In this document: in pieces, positions 1-7,860 of the stretch
Numbering within the stretch: the stretch's first letter is position 1
Layout: each line of letters opens with the position of its first letter
Source: Promethearchaeota archaeon
GTDB lineage: Archaea; Asgardarchaeota; Lokiarchaeia; Sigyniarchaeales; SOKP01
NCBI GenBank assembly: GCA_048941265.1
Contig: JBHLNT010000048.1
Span: 1 to 26,283 of the forward strand
Direction of reading: 5' to 3'
Length of the DNA: 26,283 nt
Notes under the pieces: model-generated
Databases searched by the model: none
Told to the model about the DNA's origin: nothing
Seen by the model: only the letters and a program-made list of their open reading frames with translations
Position numbers and translations under genes: made by a program

Positions 1-53
1 CCTGGACCGGCACCAATCACAGCAATATCAAAATTATTAGTCGAATTAGCCAT
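1..53 (-). CDS. 5' end of an FAD-dependent oxidoreductase (geranylgeranyl reductase- or dihydrolipoamide dehydrogenase-like); runs off the window edge
   Basis: Manual translation from ATG at 53 gives MANSTNNFDIAVIGAGPG, the start of a Rossmann GxGxxG FAD-binding motif. Not in the ORF track. Confidence 0.8.
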   Translation of the reverse strand, partial: MANSTNNFDIAVIGAGP

Positions 54-263
54 ATACTTTAAAAATAATTATAGAATTTAAGCTATTTCAAAATTTTAAT
101 ATTATGCATTTTAAAGAGAAATTTTTTTCAGTTTCTATTATAAGTATTCAATAATTATGGTAAAATTTTTATCGCGAATAGAAGCGACTTATGAAAATCT
201 TAAAATAGGTCAAAAAATGAAAATACAATACGTACATAAGAAAAAAATATTCTGTACATACGT

Positions 264-1181
264 TTATACTTGATTTATATTCCCTGAAGAGTTTTCTATT
301 TTTTTTCTTTCGTTTTCAAGTCTTGTTAGGTCTACATTTAATTTTTCCCTTTCTTTTTGAAAATTATCCTTTTCTTCATTAAATTTACTTCGTTGTTCTT
401 CAAACTGTGTCCACTCTTCTTTTAAAGCTTCTAAATCATCTTTTAATTTCTGATTTTCCTCTTTCAATTTTTCTCTTTCTTCAACTAAATTTTCTCTATC
501 ACTTTTCAATTTGTCTTGTTCTGATCTTATCTTATCCCATTCTTCAGCAAGTCTTTTCTTCTCTTCCTCCAGGTCCTGCATTTTTTCTTCGAGTGTTTTA
601 TATTGCTTCATATCTTCGGTTATCGCTCCAAATTTAATTTCAAGCATGTTCAACATATCATTAAAAGATTGCATTTTCATAAAATCAGTAGCTTTGGCTT
701 CTTCGTATTTCTCAAATATATCATCAAATAATTTAGGTCTTTTATGTAAATCGGGATGGTTTAAGTAATTAATGAAATTAATTATGGATTGTTTAGTAGT
801 TTCAGGGAGACTTGTACCGTATGGTGATTGCATTAAAACCTCAATTTTTTTTCTTAGTTCTTTAATTTCTTGAGGATAATTTAGAAACTTTGGCTTTTTA
901 TCCACGTTTTCTTCTTTCTCTGTATAATCGAATTTTCCTAAGGTAATACTTAGTTGGTCTAATTTACGAATAATACCTTCCATCTTCGTAAATCCGCTTG
1001 CTTTTGCAATAAAATAAAGTTCAATTATTTCTTCGAGTAATTTTGGATTTTCTTGCAATTTTGGATTTTCTAAGTACCACATAAGTGATTCCAGCTGTTT
1101 TTCTGTAGTCATTTGTAGACCAAGCCATTCTTTTCCTTTTTTCTCAGTTATTTCTGCTTTAATTTGTGGTATTTTTTCCAT
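264..1181 (-). CDS. Hypothetical protein: two tandem helical repeats plus a long C-terminal coiled coil
   Basis: 305 aa; residues 36-82 and 139-185 align without gaps (20/47 identical); L/I/F every 7th residue from 197 to 295. Confidence 0.85.
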   Translation of the reverse strand: MEKIPQIKAEITEKKGKEWLGLQMTTEKQLESLMWYLENPKLQENPKLLEEIIELYFIAKASGFTKMEGIIRKLDQLSITLGKFDYTEKEENVDKKPKFLNYPQEIKELRKKIEVLMQSPYGTSLPETTKQSIINFINYLNHPDLHKRPKLFDDIFEKYEEAKATDFMKMQSFNDMLNMLEIKFGAITEDMKQYKTLEEKMQDLEEEKKRLAEEWDKIRSEQDKLKSDRENLVEEREKLKEENQKLKDDLEALKEEWTQFEEQRSKFNEEKDNFQKEREKLNVDLTRLENERKKIENSSGNINQV

Positions 1182-1201
1182 AGATTTTTATATAGTGGGC
1201 G

Positions 1202-1209
1202 TTTTTAAA
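1202..1209 (-). promoter_or_regulatory. Putative archaeal TATA box of a probably leaderless transcript
   Basis: TTTAAAAA ends 20 nt upstream of the ATG at 1181; no SD motif in between. Confidence 0.45.
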
Positions 1210-1283
1210 TGAGTTTTCTTTTAGAAAATATTATAAACAAGTAAATTTAGATTAATTCTCATATTAATAGACCATGATCTAAT

Positions 1284-2390
1284 ATGTCTGAGTCCAGAAA
1301 AAAACCGTTTTTATTTGAAACTTATCCAGATTTAGAATCGGGTATTCCATGGATTAATTTGGCTCCCATGAGAACTCCAGTAAAACAATTAAAGAAACTT
1401 CAAGATTATTTGGGTATTAATTCATTGTGGATTAAACAAGATGATCTTACATCTCCGATATATGGGGGAAATAAACCCCGAAAGCTGGAATTCCTCCTTG
1501 CTGATGCTAAAAAAAAAGATTGCAATAAAGTCTTAACAGTTGGAGGGATCGGATCTAATCACTGTGTGGCAACTGCGGCATTTTGTAAAGAGCTTAATTT
1601 GAAATCATATGCTGCCTTGGTTTTTCAACCTATAACTATTTATGTGAGAAACAATCTTTTACTTGAATTATATTTTAAAAACAATTTAACTTATTCTCAC
1701 ACTCAACGTGGCATGAGATTGACGGTTCGCCGGATGTTGAGTAAAATTAAAGATCTCTATTATATAGGTTCCGGAGGAAGTACCCCACTCGGCACTTTAG
1801 GTTTTGTTGATGCCGTTTTTGAGCTGAAAAACCAAATTAATAATCAAAAATTGCCAGAACCGGATTATATTTTCGTAGCAAATGGATCCATGGGAACAAC
1901 AGCGGGTTTAACTTTAGGGATAAAACTTGCTAAACTAAAAACAATCGTCTACGCGATTCGAGTCACAGACCCCTCTTTTGCAAGTGTTGAAAATACTCAG
2001 AATTTAGCCATTAAATCAAGAGCGCTTCTAGCTAAATACGATAAATCAATACCAAAGCTGTCTTTTAAGCATTTAATAATAGATGGTAATTATTATGGAG
2101 AAACATACGGTAAGCCAACCCCTGAGGGTCTTGAGGCAATTAAATTAATAAGAGAAAACGAAGGAATTACACTCGAACCAACTTATACGGGAAAAACTTT
2201 CGCGGGTCTTATTGATTATATAAGAACCAAAAAGATTAACTTTAGAGATAAAATTGTATTATTTTGGAATACTTTTAATAGTCAAGACTACTCGAATGTA
2301 ATATCAAAAATAGATTATCATAATCTCCCTAAAAAACTTCATTGGGTTTTTAAAAAACCAATTTCTGATTATAAAAATAATAGTGTATAA
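1284..2390 (+). CDS. PLP-dependent D-cysteine desulfhydrase / ACC deaminase family enzyme
   Basis: Motifs RTPV, WIKQDD, YGGNKPRKLEF (PLP lysine), GGIGSNH, GSMGTTAG, LEPTYTGK. Confidence 0.9.
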   Translation: MSESRKKPFLFETYPDLESGIPWINLAPMRTPVKQLKKLQDYLGINSLWIKQDDLTSPIYGGNKPRKLEFLLADAKKKDCNKVLTVGGIGSNHCVATAAFCKELNLKSYAALVFQPITIYVRNNLLLELYFKNNLTYSHTQRGMRLTVRRMLSKIKDLYYIGSGGSTPLGTLGFVDAVFELKNQINNQKLPEPDYIFVANGSMGTTAGLTLGIKLAKLKTIVYAIRVTDPSFASVENTQNLAIKSRALLAKYDKSIPKLSFKHLIIDGNYYGETYGKPTPEGLEAIKLIRENEGITLEPTYTGKTFAGLIDYIRTKKINFRDKIVLFWNTFNSQDYSNVISKIDYHNLPKKLHWVFKKPISDYKNNSV

Positions 2391-2405
2391 AAATTAGTAG
2401 TTAAA

Positions 2406-3095
2406 TTATAATATAAAGGTTAATCCTCCATATAAAATATGGTAAACAGTATATTGGGTTAAACGAACGACAATTACAGCAAGAAAACCTCCTTTTCTGT
2501 AGCAATAACATGCTATTATAATGTACCCTCCAGAAATAATTAAGATTTGTATTAGAACTAAAGAATTAATTGGACCAACAAAAGACATGAACAAAATTAA
2601 TTGAATTATGATATAAATAGCACTTTCAAGTATAGCGACTCCCCAAAATACCTTTTGTTGCTTTTTACCCTTCAATAATTTGTAGGAAATCACCCATATT
2701 AGAAATGTCAACAAAAATAAACGCCAAAAAATCTCATCGGTTATACCAACATAAAACCAATATGGAACTGAAATAGGAAACGGAAGTTGAGGGACTTTAT
2801 ATGGATTAATTAAATCAAATAAAATTGCACCTATTCCAAAAATCAATCCAAAGATGAATGGAACGAAGAATCGATTATAGAAATTAATTTCATTATTGAG
2901 CATATCAGGGAATCCCGCATTCTTTTCAAAATATTTAAGAGCTATATACCCTAAGACAAGATAGATAATAGTTAATAACCAATTACTAATTATTTGCACG
3001 GAATCGAAAAAAAATATCGTTAAAATTGTTTGACATAGAATTATAATTAGTACCAAAATAAGATAAACTTGTTTTGAGTTGTTTGTTTCTAACAT
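2406..3095 (-). CDS. CPBP/CAAX protease (Abi) family membrane protein with degenerate motifs
   Basis: About 6-7 hydrophobic segments; GITDEIFWRLFL resembles the EExxxR motif. Confidence 0.65.
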   Translation of the reverse strand: MLETNNSKQVYLILVLIIILCQTILTIFFFDSVQIISNWLLTIIYLVLGYIALKYFEKNAGFPDMLNNEINFYNRFFVPFIFGLIFGIGAILFDLINPYKVPQLPFPISVPYWFYVGITDEIFWRLFLLTFLIWVISYKLLKGKKQQKVFWGVAILESAIYIIIQLILFMSFVGPINSLVLIQILIISGGYIIIACYCYRKGGFLAVIVVRLTQYTVYHILYGGLTFIL

Positions 3096-3132
3096 TTTAA
3101 TTATTAATGCAGGTTCCTTAAATATATTATAA

Positions 3133-3564
3133 TTAAAAAGGGATTTTTACAATATTTTCTTTAGTATCTGTTATACCCTTTAAAATACAATTTTTTTCCT
3201 TTAAGATATCAAAATTTAAATTACTATCCTTCGCCACTATACAATTCTCTAAAGTAAAATTATTTCCAAGGGAAACATTCTCTAATATTATTGTATTTGA
3301 AAGTTCAACATAATCTCCAAGTTCGGAATTATTTCCGATATAAACATTAGGACCTAAAAGTACATCATCACCTAATTTAACGTTATTTCCAAGATATACA
3401 GGTTCTATAAATGTTGGAAAATCTCCTATATATAAATCTATTTTATGGTGGTTTTTTATCTCTTTTAGAGTATCGTGAAATATATCGCTGAGTTTAGTTA
3501 TATCGACTTTATCTATTTCTTTAATTGAATTTTCTATTTTTTCTATTAACTCTTTCATTTTCAT
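3133..3564 (-). CDS. Stand-alone hexapeptide-repeat (left-handed beta-helix) protein resembling the C-terminal domain of NDP-sugar pyrophosphorylases
   Basis: Repeats VYLGNN-VKLGDD-VLLGPN-VYIGNN-SELGDY...TIILEN-VSLGNN; no nucleotidyltransferase domain; overlaps the hypB stop (ATGA). Confidence 0.75.
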   Translation of the reverse strand: MKMKELIEKIENSIKEIDKVDITKLSDIFHDTLKEIKNHHKIDLYIGDFPTFIEPVYLGNNVKLGDDVLLGPNVYIGNNSELGDYVELSNTIILENVSLGNNFTLENCIVAKDSNLNFDILKEKNCILKGITDTKENIVKIPF

Positions 3565-4277
3565 AAACCCATTATTTCTATTAATTTATTGATATTTTCG
3601 CCAGTTTTGGCACTTGTGGTTATAACTTCTATTTTAGGATTAAAATTTTTAGCATCCCTTATCATCTTATCAAGATTAGTTCCAAGCCGTTCTAGGAGGT
3701 CGATTTTATTAATTACTGCGATATCTGACATTTTGAATAGCATTGGATGTTTTTCAATGACCCATTCCCCCTCTGTTATTGAAACAACTGTTATTCTTTT
3801 ATCTGTACCAAGAGTAAATTCAGAAGGGCATATTAAATTCCCCACATTTTCAATAAAAATAACATCATACTCCGTTAAATCTTTATTTTTGATAATTTGA
3901 TTGATATGATATGCGTTTAGTGCACACTCACGCCCGGTATTAATTTGAACTGTTTCAACATTATGTTTTTCTATTCGATCTGCATCGACTCTCGTAGTTA
4001 TATCTCCACATATCACTAAAGTTTTATACTTAGAAGATATTTTTTCGCTTATTTTTTCTAAAAGTGCTGTCTTACCCGCGCCAATTGCTCCTACTATATC
4101 GAATGATTTGATATTATATTTTTTAAAATCTTTATTGATACGTTCAGCTAATATCTCATTATCCCTTTCTACTTCTTTTTTCGTCTCTATAACTAAATCT
4201 CTTATTTCCTCTCTTGCTAAATTAGTGCTTTCAAGTTCTTGGATTCTACCTATCTCACGTTCTTCCTTATCTGACAT
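3561..4277 (-). CDS. hypB: Hydrogenase nickel incorporation GTPase HypB
   Basis: P-loop GAIGAGKT, GD..T..DADRI, QINTGREC, IENVGNLICP, SITEG, KHP, NKID, SAKTG. Confidence 0.93.
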   Translation of the reverse strand: MSDKEEREIGRIQELESTNLAREEIRDLVIETKKEVERDNEILAERINKDFKKYNIKSFDIVGAIGAGKTALLEKISEKISSKYKTLVICGDITTRVDADRIEKHNVETVQINTGRECALNAYHINQIIKNKDLTEYDVIFIENVGNLICPSEFTLGTDKRITVVSITEGEWVIEKHPMLFKMSDIAVINKIDLLERLGTNLDKMIRDAKNFNPKIEVITTSAKTGENINKLIEIMGL

Positions 4278-4582
4278 TTTTTAAATCTGCTAAACTTTCA
4301 ATAAGTTGGTATTTGCTTCATTATTTTTATTTTTTCCGATATTAAATTTTAAATAATGAAAGAATATTCTCTTTTTTTTGATGTGGAGGATTTTTAAAGA
4401 CTTAATCGCATTTATTTCAATTTATTTTTCCATAGTTTAAAATGCATTTGATTGATGCATTTTTATGCCTTAATAAGATTTATAAGTAGAAGAAATTTAC
4501 ATCTTATAACGAAATTTCCTTACAAAATTATAAAAAATACTCAATTAAATAATTTAGCAATAGAAAAAGCAAAAGGATAAGA

Positions 4583-5530
4583 ATGGAACTTAAAAAAATT
4601 GCCAAGGATGTATATGCTTGTTTGCAGGAGGACCGAGGATTTGGGTGTAATAATGCTGGCTTTGTGAATCTGGGTGGAGGGCTGGCTATTGATACATTAT
4701 ACGATTTGAATCTTACAAGACAGATGATAGAGCTATATAAAGCTATATCTCCTGAATCAATACGCCGACTCGTAAACACCCATCACAATGGAGACCATAC
4801 ATGGGGGAATCAGCTTTTTAAGGACGCTGAAATTATTGCACACCATCTCTGTGCTGAAGAAATGAAAAAAGAAAAAAAGCTAGGTTATCCCGCTTTATTC
4901 CACACGTGGAAACGAAGACCTAAGGCTATTCCACCCGGGTTTGAAGGATTTATTGACGCTGTAAGCAAATTCGACTTTTCAGAGGTTGAGATTACACTGC
5001 CAAATCGGTTAATAGAGGATAGACTTGATCTTGAATTGGATGGTTATCCTTGCCAACTCATTTATGTTGGTCCAGCACATACTTCAAGTGATCTAATCGT
5101 ATATCTCCCTGAGCATAGTGTTGTCTTTGCCGGTGATATTGTCTTCAGGCAATCCACGCCTGTCGGATGGGAAGGCACACATGCTAAATGGATTGAAGCG
5201 CTAGATCTCATAATATCTTTGAAGCCCGAGGTTGTTGTCCCGGGGCATGGTCCCCTCTGTGGTGTCGATGGGGCAAAGGAACTACGAGACTACTTCGAGT
5301 TTGTCATTTCTGAGGCTAAGCGTTTTTTTGAGGAGGGACTTGATCCTCTTGAGGCATCGAAGAAGATCGATCTCGGACCTTATTCTGAATGGACCGAACC
5401 CGAGCGGTTGTGTTTTAGTGTTAACAGAGCATATCGCGAATTTCAGGGTGAACCCTGGGATGCACCCTTTAACCCACTTGAAGTTTTCCGTAATTGTATT
5501 GAATTACGGGCTTATTGGAATGGAAACTGA
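4583..5530 (+). CDS. MBL-fold metallo-hydrolase (cyclase-like subfamily)
   Basis: NNAG, IDT, THHNGDH (HxxxDH), GPAHT, FAGD, VPGHG motifs. Confidence 0.9.
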   Translation: MELKKIAKDVYACLQEDRGFGCNNAGFVNLGGGLAIDTLYDLNLTRQMIELYKAISPESIRRLVNTHHNGDHTWGNQLFKDAEIIAHHLCAEEMKKEKKLGYPALFHTWKRRPKAIPPGFEGFIDAVSKFDFSEVEITLPNRLIEDRLDLELDGYPCQLIYVGPAHTSSDLIVYLPEHSVVFAGDIVFRQSTPVGWEGTHAKWIEALDLIISLKPEVVVPGHGPLCGVDGAKELRDYFEFVISEAKRFFEEGLDPLEASKKIDLGPYSEWTEPERLCFSVNRAYREFQGEPWDAPFNPLEVFRNCIELRAYWNGN

Positions 5531-5600
5531 GTAAATTTCTTGAGTAATTTAATGTCAATGAAAAAATTGAAGGTATGGATACAAGGAAAATAGCTAAATA

Positions 5601-6350
5601 ATGGAAAAATCGATCACGTGTATAGGTATTGACGGTTGCCAATCTGGATGGGTTATTGCATATAGAGAAGATCCAAAAGAATGGAAATTTGAAATATTTC
5701 CCACAATACAAGAGCTCTGGAACAAATTTTCTTATACTAAATTGATTATGATTGATATACCTATTGGATTAAAAGATAATGGAAGCGAGCCAAGGTTATG
5801 TGATAAAGCAGCTCGTAAATTTCTCACAAGAAATCGATCATCCAGCATATTTCCAACACCTTGCCGTGCTTCGTTATATGCAGATACCTATATCGAAGCC
5901 AATCAAATTAATAGAAAAATGACAGGTAATGGATTGTCTAAACAGACGTGGAATATTACTGGAAAGATTAGAGAGGTCGACATTTTATTACGAAATGATC
6001 CTAAGGCTTCTAAAGTATTCATAGAATCTCATCCAGAGTTATGTTTTGCTGCTCTTTCAAATAATACTCCCATGAAACACTATAAAAAAAAAGAAGATGG
6101 AATCAAAGAAAGATTATTGGTCATAGATTCTTTCTATAAAAACCCTAAACAAATTTTAAATGAAGCAATCTTTCAACTTTCAAAAGAGAAAGTCCTTGTA
6201 GATGATATTTTAGACGCTTGGATTTTAGCAATATCTGGATTTAAAGGTCTATCAAATCTGCGATTTCTTCCCGATAAATATGAATACGATTCAGAAGGAT
6301 TACCAATGCGAATGGCAATTCCTAATTTTGGAAAACTAGATAGAGTCTAA
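5601..6350 (+). CDS. DUF429 family protein (predicted RNase H-fold nuclease-like)
   Basis: GIDGC..GW, IDIPIGL, R.CD..AR, SSIFPTP, ESHPEL.F, DDILDA motifs. Confidence 0.8.
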   Translation: MEKSITCIGIDGCQSGWVIAYREDPKEWKFEIFPTIQELWNKFSYTKLIMIDIPIGLKDNGSEPRLCDKAARKFLTRNRSSSIFPTPCRASLYADTYIEANQINRKMTGNGLSKQTWNITGKIREVDILLRNDPKASKVFIESHPELCFAALSNNTPMKHYKKKEDGIKERLLVIDSFYKNPKQILNEAIFQLSKEKVLVDDILDAWILAISGFKGLSNLRFLPDKYEYDSEGLPMRMAIPNFGKLDRV

Positions 6351-7654
6351 TTTTTTTTATTGATTAATTTCATTCCAAATATAAACCGGGTAATATTATT
6401 TGTTTTAATTAACTCACAGCCTAAAAGCGTTATGAATAAAGCAGCTGTACTAATTACTAAATATTTTATTAAAATACTTGTTTCCCATTGAATTACATAA
6501 AAACCAATGATTATTATTATTGTTTGATGCAAAATATAATAAGGCAGAGCAATTTCACTAAAATGTTTAATAAATGAATTTTCTTTATTTAAATACTTCC
6601 TACCATATCCTAAAAATGCAATTAACCAACACCAAACACATAAAGACCAAAGTCCCGTCCCTATTATGTACATCAATATTATAATAGCGGGATTAGTAAC
6701 TGTAAAGGCTGTTATTTTAGAATTAAAAGTAGAATCGATATAAAATAGTGCGTCAAATGTTAATGTAAAACTCGCTATCACTATCCCTAACAAAAGAGCT
6801 AATCCTTTATTGCGAGCTATTGAATCCTCAAAACGAGAGTCAGCCACAATTACAAATCCAAATATGAAAATTAACATAAAATGGAGAATTGCTGCCCAAT
6901 CAAATATAAAGTTATGAGTTTCCGGAAATATCCATCGAAGCGAGATATTAACTATTATTAATGGAATAGCTAAAAGAAATATTTTTCGACCTTTTTCAAA
7001 TGAGGAAGCGATATTTGAAATTTTCTGTTTCCCATTTTCACTCCTTAACCTTAAGAATAATGGGAGTGTTATTAAAGAAATAAAGAATAAATACCACATG
7101 AACCACAGATGATGCCAGCTAAAATTACCATTTGGATAAATCCCTACAAAAAATTGAGGATAGAATTCGAGATAAGTACCACTAAAATTAATTGGACTGT
7201 GCCGGGTTTCACTCCACCAGGCTAATCGCTCATAATATACTTGAGGAGGTATAATTATTAAAATACCAAATATTAGAGGAATCAGCAATCTTTTAAAACG
7301 TTCTTTAGAATATTCCTCTCCAGTTCGAAATCTCAAAGCATAATATGTACTTATACCCGCTAAAAAGAAGAAGAGAGGCATATGCCAAATATTAAGAAAA
7401 GATACAAACAATGCGGCTTCTAAACTTAATTCATTGTTTTTGAGGTGAAAGACAGACCAGGCATTAAAAATCATGGCTGTGTGAAAATAAATCAGCAATA
7501 TAACTGCAAACACTCGTAATGAGTCAATATCATATCTTCTCTCAGGTTTTACTTCTATCTTTTCAGGGGATATTTCATTAATTTCTTCCAAAATTATTTT
7601 CACACATATAATATTTTGTTTAGAAATGAAATTTCTCTTGAAGAATTTAAACAT
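6347..7654 (-). CDS. Acyltransferase family 3 membrane protein (OpgC/MdoC-like)
   Basis: RRYDIDSLR...H, MPLFFFLAG, RLLIP, HHLWFMWYL, YYILHQ motifs; about 10 TM segments. Exact start uncertain. Confidence 0.88.
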   Translation of the reverse strand: MFKFFKRNFISKQNIICVKIILEEINEISPEKIEVKPERRYDIDSLRVFAVILLIYFHTAMIFNAWSVFHLKNNELSLEAALFVSFLNIWHMPLFFFLAGISTYYALRFRTGEEYSKERFKRLLIPLIFGILIIIPPQVYYERLAWWSETRHSPINFSGTYLEFYPQFFVGIYPNGNFSWHHLWFMWYLFFISLITLPLFLRLRSENGKQKISNIASSFEKGRKIFLLAIPLIIVNISLRWIFPETHNFIFDWAAILHFMLIFIFGFVIVADSRFEDSIARNKGLALLLGIVIASFTLTFDALFYIDSTFNSKITAFTVTNPAIIILMYIIGTGLWSLCVWCWLIAFLGYGRKYLNKENSFIKHFSEIALPYYILHQTIIIIIGFYVIQWETSILIKYLVISTAALFITLLGCELIKTNNITRFIFGMKLINKKN

Positions 7655-7860
7655 AACAATCTATTTTAATGAAAAAGAGTCCAATTTATATGGATTCTTT
7701 TAAATAAACAAAATATCAATCAAAATGCCATTTATTTATACAAAGAAAAAATGTCAAATCAATTTTAGTTTATAAAATCAAATTATAATCTTTTAAAGCA
7801 ATAGACTTTTTCTATCAATATAAACTCGATGTTTTTAAATTCTTAAGGTAAATAGGAGAC

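Noticed and set aside
1284-2390. True ACC deaminase (acdS)
   Set aside because: Has PTYTGK rather than the PVYEGK typical of ACC deaminases; only a family-level call is supported.
4480-4509. NikR operator near hypB
   Set aside because: The half-sites do not match the E. coli-type GTATGA-N16-TCATAC pattern and lie about 200 nt from hypB; kept only as an unassigned dyad.
7701-7738. TAAATAAA / TTTATTTA inverted repeat
   Set aside because: An A/T-only 8-mer in very AT-rich intergenic DNA is expected by chance.
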